From Armatimonadota bacterium (lineage in GTDB: Bacteria; Sysuimicrobiota; Sysuimicrobiia; Sysuimicrobiales; Humicultoraceae): a stretch of DNA of 11,679 bases. The position numbers and the translations under genes were made by a program. Shown piece by piece: positions 8,601 through 11,679 of the stretch. Under the pieces are notes generated by a model that had not been told where the DNA came from, ran no database searches, and worked only from the letters and a program-made list of their open reading frames with translations. Each line of letters opens with the position of its first letter. The first letter of the stretch is position 1. The stretch lies in the NCBI GenBank assembly GCA_037443365.1, contig JBBIOM010000049.1:1-11679 (forward strand). Reading direction: 5' to 3'.

Positions 8601-9911
8601 CTAGCGCGCCCCCAGGATCGAGTTCACGCGCGCGTGCGCGTCCGCCAGCGCCCGATCAGGGGTCTTCGCTCCGGTCATCGCCTCCTGGAGCGCCGTCGCG
8701 AACGCGTCGAAGATCTCGGGCCACTCCTTGATCAGCGGCTCCAGGCGGGCGTGCTTCGTCTGCTCCCAGATGACGCGGGAGAACTTGTCGGTCTTCACCA
8801 TTGGGAGCGAGTTCACGTCCTTGCGGGACGAGATCACGCGGTTGTCGTAGAAGAACTTCTTCTCGATCTCCTTGCTGCCCAGGAACTTGATGAACCTCCA
8901 GGAGGCTTCGGGGTGCCGCGTGTGCGGGCTCATCAGCCATCCCGAGAGCCAGGCGGCGGTGATCTGCTTCTTGCCCACCGGCATAGGCGCCGCCTCCAGC
9001 GTCTCGGCCGCGTTCAGGCCCGGGTTGATGGCGTTGATGATTGGGTAGGACCAGCCGGAGCCAACCTTCATCGCGACGCGGCGGTGAGCCATCTGCGTCC
9101 GCACATCGCCAGGCCCGAAGGTCGTGACGCCGGGAGGCACCACCTTGTGAACGGTGACCAGCTCGATGATGTAGTTGAACGCCTCGCGGAACTCCCGCGT
9201 GTCCATGGCGGAGCGGCGGTTGTCCGGGGTCAGGAAGTCGGCGCCGAAGCTCCAGACGACCGGCATTATGCGCAGCGGAAGGCCGGGGCCCTTCGCCGCC
9301 GGTATGCTGAAGCCCCACTGGTCGATTCGCCCGTCGCCGTCGGTATCGCGCGTCAGGCGCTTGGTGTAGTCGAGGAACTCTGCCCAGTTCTTAGGCGGCT
9401 TGTTGGGGTCGAGCCCGGCGGCCTTGAACATCTCGCGGTTGTAGACGATCACCATGGACATGTAGTCCTGGGGAAGCGCCATCAGGCGGCCCTTGTGGGT
9501 CATTACCTTGATGGCGGCGGGATCCCAGGCATCGATGAAGCCGGGCCTCTCCTTCTGTACGAACGGCGTCAGGTCCGCGGCGCAGCCCAGCTCGAAGAAC
9601 ATCGTGAGCGAGAAGTTGTGGAGCTTGACGACGTCGGGCATCCTGCGGGCCGCGCACTCGGCCTGATAGCGCGGCTCCTTCTCGCCGTATGAGATCGGCT
9701 CAGGGGTGACCCTGATGCCGGGGTTCTGGCTCTCGAAGATGTTGATCGCCTCGCGGAGCGACTTACCCCAGACGGTCTCGACCAGGTGCCAGTTGGAGAA
9801 GCGCAGGGTGACAACATCCTGCGAGCGTGCGGGCGCCAGGTAGGAGGCCGCCAGCACGATGACCATCAGCGCGCCAAACGTTGCGGCCGTGCGTGCGCGC
9901 GTCGTGCGCAT
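8601..9911 (-). CDS. Carbohydrate ABC transporter solute-binding protein (CUT1 / SBP_bac_1 type)
   Basis: ATG 9911 lies 6 nt after SD GGAGGTGA (ORF track uses TTG 9917). Basic plus hydrophobic Sec signal with no lipobox Cys. Motifs FESQNPGIRV, YNREMFKAAGLDP..PPKNW, SWRFIKFL, KTPDRAL. Confidence 0.93.
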   Translation of the reverse strand: MRTTRARTAATFGALMVIVLAASYLAPARSQDVVTLRFSNWHLVETVWGKSLREAINIFESQNPGIRVTPEPISYGEKEPRYQAECAARRMPDVVKLHNFSLTMFFELGCAADLTPFVQKERPGFIDAWDPAAIKVMTHKGRLMALPQDYMSMVIVYNREMFKAAGLDPNKPPKNWAEFLDYTKRLTRDTDGDGRIDQWGFSIPAAKGPGLPLRIMPVVWSFGADFLTPDNRRSAMDTREFREAFNYIIELVTVHKVVPPGVTTFGPGDVRTQMAHRRVAMKVGSGWSYPIINAINPGLNAAETLEAAPMPVGKKQITAAWLSGWLMSPHTRHPEASWRFIKFLGSKEIEKKFFYDNRVISSRKDVNSLPMVKTDKFSRVIWEQTKHARLEPLIKEWPEIFDAFATALQEAMTGAKTPDRALADAHARVNSILGAR

Positions 9912-10002
9912 ACCCAATCACCTCCAGATTGAGCTTCGATCCATGCAGGCCTCGCCGTTGCCCACGAACCAGCCGTAGTGCCGTACCTGCCCTGGTCCGC
10001 TG

Positions 10003-10019
10003 TGTCCGCGATACGGACA
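10003..10019. promoter_or_regulatory. Putative IclR-family operator
   Basis: Palindrome TGTCCG-CGATA-CGGACA about 90 nt upstream of the operon's first start codon. It fits the GTnCG-N5-CGnAC type of IclR-family box, and the operon encodes an IclR protein. Confidence 0.6.
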
Positions 10020-10032
10020 TTGTGTTCCCATC

Positions 10033-10038
10033 ATGATA
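10033..10038 (-). promoter_or_regulatory. Candidate sigma70 -10 element for the catabolic operon
   Basis: TATCAT on the - strand, in a locally AT-richer patch just upstream of the putative operator. No convincing -35. Confidence 0.35.
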
Positions 10039-10120
10039 CTGGCGCTGCTAGTTTCTACGGCCCCTGTCGTCCTCCTGCCTGCCCGAACGCATCAACCACA
10101 ACACGGCCGATTCTGATCCC

Positions 10121-10149
10121 TTCCACCTGAATAGATGATGTGCTACGCT
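10121..10149 (+). promoter_or_regulatory. Candidate extended -10 promoter for tRNA-Ser
   Basis: TG-C-TACGCT at 10141-10149, with a weak -35 (TTCCAC, 10121-10126) at 17-nt spacing, 20 nt before the tRNA. Confidence 0.4.
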
Positions 10150-10169
10150 TCGAACGTAACGCGTTCCGC

Positions 10170-10264
10170 GGAGGAGTACGGTAGCCCGGTAACCGGCCCG
10201 CCTGCTAAGCGGGTGGACGGGTGATGAGCCCGTCTCGCGGGTTCGAATCCCGCCTCCTCCGCCA
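10170..10264 (+). tRNA. tRNA-Ser (anticodon GCT)
   Basis: Cloverleaf: acceptor GGAGGAG/CTCCTCC, D-stem CGGT/ACCG, anticodon stem CCCGC/GCGGG with loop CT-GCT-AA (GCT 10204-10206), long variable arm GACGGG/CCCGTC, T-arm GCGGG-TTCGAAT-CCCGC, discriminator G, encoded CCA. Confidence 0.97.
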
Positions 10265-10489
10265 GCGTTCCTTGCTTGCCGCTCACTTCGGTTCCAATGC
10301 AGGTCCGGGCACGGTTTCACCGGTGGCACCAGGTGCAGCCCAGATGAGGTCCCGGTCAACGCTCCACGAACTGCTCCGGCGCGATTCCAGCCAGCGATAC
10401 CCAGCGCGACCCTCAGGAGGATTCCGTCCAAGGTGCAGTTCGGCGAGGCCCCTGAAGCAGAGGGCACGCACCAGAGGGAGGAGACGCTC

Positions 10490-10879
10490 ATGCCTAGCAC
10501 GATAGTGCACTTCGAGATCTACGGCGACGAGCCGGAGAAACTCGCGGGCTTCTACAGAGAGGTGTTCGGGTGGAAGATCGACAAGTCGCCCGAGATGGAC
10601 TACTGGATGGTGTACACCGTCCCCTCCGACGAGAGGGGGATGCCGACACAGCCCGGCGTCAACGGGGGCATGATGAAGCGGCCTACGCCCGATGCCCGCG
10701 CCTGGCTGAACTACGTCTCCGTGGAGTCGATCGACGCGACCGCTGAGCAGGTGAGCGCGCTGGGCGGCCAGGTCCTGAGGCCGAAGTCTCCTGTTCCCAA
10801 GATGGGCTGGTTCTGCGTGCTGGCCGATCCACAGATGAACGTCTTCGCGCTCTGGCAGGACGATCCGAACGCGGGGTGA
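10490..10879 (+). CDS. VOC (glyoxalase/bleomycin-resistance/dioxygenase) family protein
   Basis: ATG 10490 after SD GGGAGGAG, 129 aa. Motifs IVHFEI, FYREVFGW, GVNGGMM, NYVSVESID, GGQV, GWF...DPQMNVFALWQ. Confidence 0.92.
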   Translation: MPSTIVHFEIYGDEPEKLAGFYREVFGWKIDKSPEMDYWMVYTVPSDERGMPTQPGVNGGMMKRPTPDARAWLNYVSVESIDATAEQVSALGGQVLRPKSPVPKMGWFCVLADPQMNVFALWQDDPNAG

Positions 10880-10890
10880 AGGAGGACGCC

Positions 10891-11493
10891 ATGAACGCCA
10901 AGGAGACCGCGATCGTCTTCATCGAGTTCCAGAACGACTTCTGCAAGCCGGGCGGAGGCCTGTATGAAGCGGTGAAGGATCAGATCGCCGCGCAGAACAC
11001 CATCGCCAACGCCCAGGACTGCATCAAGAAGGCGCGGGGCAGGTGCCTGACGCTGCTTGTCCCCATCCTGTTCGAGCAGGACTACTGCGACGCCGGGTGC
11101 GAGGGCGTGCTCGGCCCGATCCACGTCAACGCGATGAACGCCAAGGCCTTCCGAAAGGGCACCTGGGGCGGAGAGATAATCGAGGAGCTGACTCCCACGA
11201 AGCCGGATGTCGTCGTCGATGGCAAGCGCACCCTGGACGCCTTCCACTCCAGCAACCTCGACTTCCTGCTGCGGGTCAACTGCATCAAGAACGTCGCCTT
11301 CTGCGGCTTCCTGACCAACGTCTGCGTGGAGGGAACGGCCCGATCCGCCTACGACAAGGGCTATAAGGTCTTCCTTCTGAAGGACTGCTGCGCCGCGATC
11401 ACGGCCGAGGAGCAGAAGTACGTCGAGGAGAAGTTCTTCCCGTACATCGGGGAGGTCCTGACCCATAACGAGTTCCTGAACAGGCTGGAGTAG
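10891..11493 (+). CDS. Cysteine hydrolase (isochorismatase-like family)
   Basis: ATG 10891 after SD AAGGAGG, 200 aa. Motifs IEFQNDF, GTWGGEII, GKRTLDAF, GFLTNVCVEGTARSAYDKGY (catalytic Lys and Cys present). Confidence 0.92.
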   Translation: MNAKETAIVFIEFQNDFCKPGGGLYEAVKDQIAAQNTIANAQDCIKKARGRCLTLLVPILFEQDYCDAGCEGVLGPIHVNAMNAKAFRKGTWGGEIIEELTPTKPDVVVDGKRTLDAFHSSNLDFLLRVNCIKNVAFCGFLTNVCVEGTARSAYDKGYKVFLLKDCCAAITAEEQKYVEEKFFPYIGEVLTHNEFLNRLE

Positions 11494-11551
11494 TCCCGCG
11501 GTGGCGGGCATGCGGGTAGTGAGCCACTCTGTGGCGATCCCGCGGGATACC

Positions 11552-11560
11552 TGCTAGAAT
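11552..11560 (+). promoter_or_regulatory. Extended -10 promoter element for tRNA-Arg
   Basis: TG-C-TAGAAT (5/6 match to TATAAT plus the TGn extension) 43 nt upstream of the tRNA, in otherwise very GC-rich DNA, followed by a GC-rich discriminator. Confidence 0.6.
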
Positions 11561-11603
11561 ACTCCCACCGGCCGCCGGCGCCCGCCGGTGGCCGGATTGA
11601 CGC

Positions 11604-11679
11604 GCGCCCGTAGCTCAGTGGATAGAGCGTTGGCCTGCGGAGCCAAAGGTCGTGGGTTCAAGTCCCGCCGGGCGCGCCA
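11604..11679 (+). tRNA. tRNA-Arg (anticodon GCG)
   Basis: 76-nt cloverleaf: acceptor GCGCCCG/CGGGCGC, D-arm GCTC-AGTGGATA-GAGC (A20 Arg identity), anticodon stem TTGGC/GCCAA with loop CT-GCG-GA (GCG 11637-11639), T-arm GTGGG-TTCAAGT-CCCGC, discriminator G, encoded CCA. Confidence 0.97.

Noticed and set aside
8241..9692. Long antisense ORFs (8241-9692, 992-2137, 2962-3951, 6534-7550, 10711-11511)
   Set aside because: These are shadow ORFs expected opposite high-GC3 genes. They have no recognisable motifs.
10170..10264. Possibility that the 95-nt long-arm tRNA is tRNA-Sec or an allo-tRNA
   Set aside because: The anticodon is GCT, the fold is a canonical 7/5 acceptor/T-stem with Ser-type identity elements, and no in-frame TGA interrupts any gene here.
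10298..10350. Superficial likeness to SRP (4.5S) RNA (CAGGTCCGG...GCAGCC)
   Set aside because: The conserved GNRA-capped domain IV (CCGGAAGGAAGCAGC) and the long enclosing helix are absent.
10048..10510. ORFs 10048-10500(-), 10221-10505(+), 10283-10510(-) and the 16-codon ORF 10297-10347(+)
   Set aside because: They overlap the tRNA or the VOC start, or lack an SD, and show no protein-like motifs.
10433..10890. Upstream GTG starts for VOC (10433) and hydrolase (10876); TGA read-through fusion of the two genes
   Set aside because: Downstream ATGs at 10490 and 10891 have well-spaced strong SDs and match family N-termini. The two genes are in different frames.
1..11679. CRISPR arrays, IS elements, integrases, att duplications, defence or toxin genes
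   Set aside because: By eye I found no regularly spaced repeats, terminal inverted repeats, recombinase motifs or duplicated tRNA 3' ends.

Overview
High-GC bacterial chromosomal segment, mostly ordinary metabolism, with three blocks. (1) On the + strand: the 3' end of a TAXI-type TRAP fused permease, a DUF1844-like protein and an M20 metallo-peptidase/amidohydrolase. (2) On the - strand, convergent with block 1: a compact 8-gene catabolic operon (carbohydrate ABC solute-binding protein, two permeases, Zn-dependent dehydrogenase, SDR, Ldh_2-family oxidoreductase, IclR regulator, KdgK-like PfkB kinase). It has a plausible IclR operator upstream but no ATPase, dehydratase or aldolase gene. (3) On the + strand: tRNA-Ser(GCT), a VOC/glyoxalase gene, a Cys-rich isochorismatase-family hydrolase with Glu at the usual catalytic Asp position, and a tRNA-Arg with the uncommon bacterial anticodon GCG, whose CCA ends exactly at the window edge. 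The best leads are the Arg(GCG) tRNA (implies inosine/TadA-independent CGN decoding), the two-gene cassette separating the commonly adjacent Ser(GCT)/Arg tRNA pair, and the three-oxidoreductase operon of unknown substrate. I see no CRISPR array, integrase, transposase or defence system. All family calls come from motif recognition only; no searches were run.
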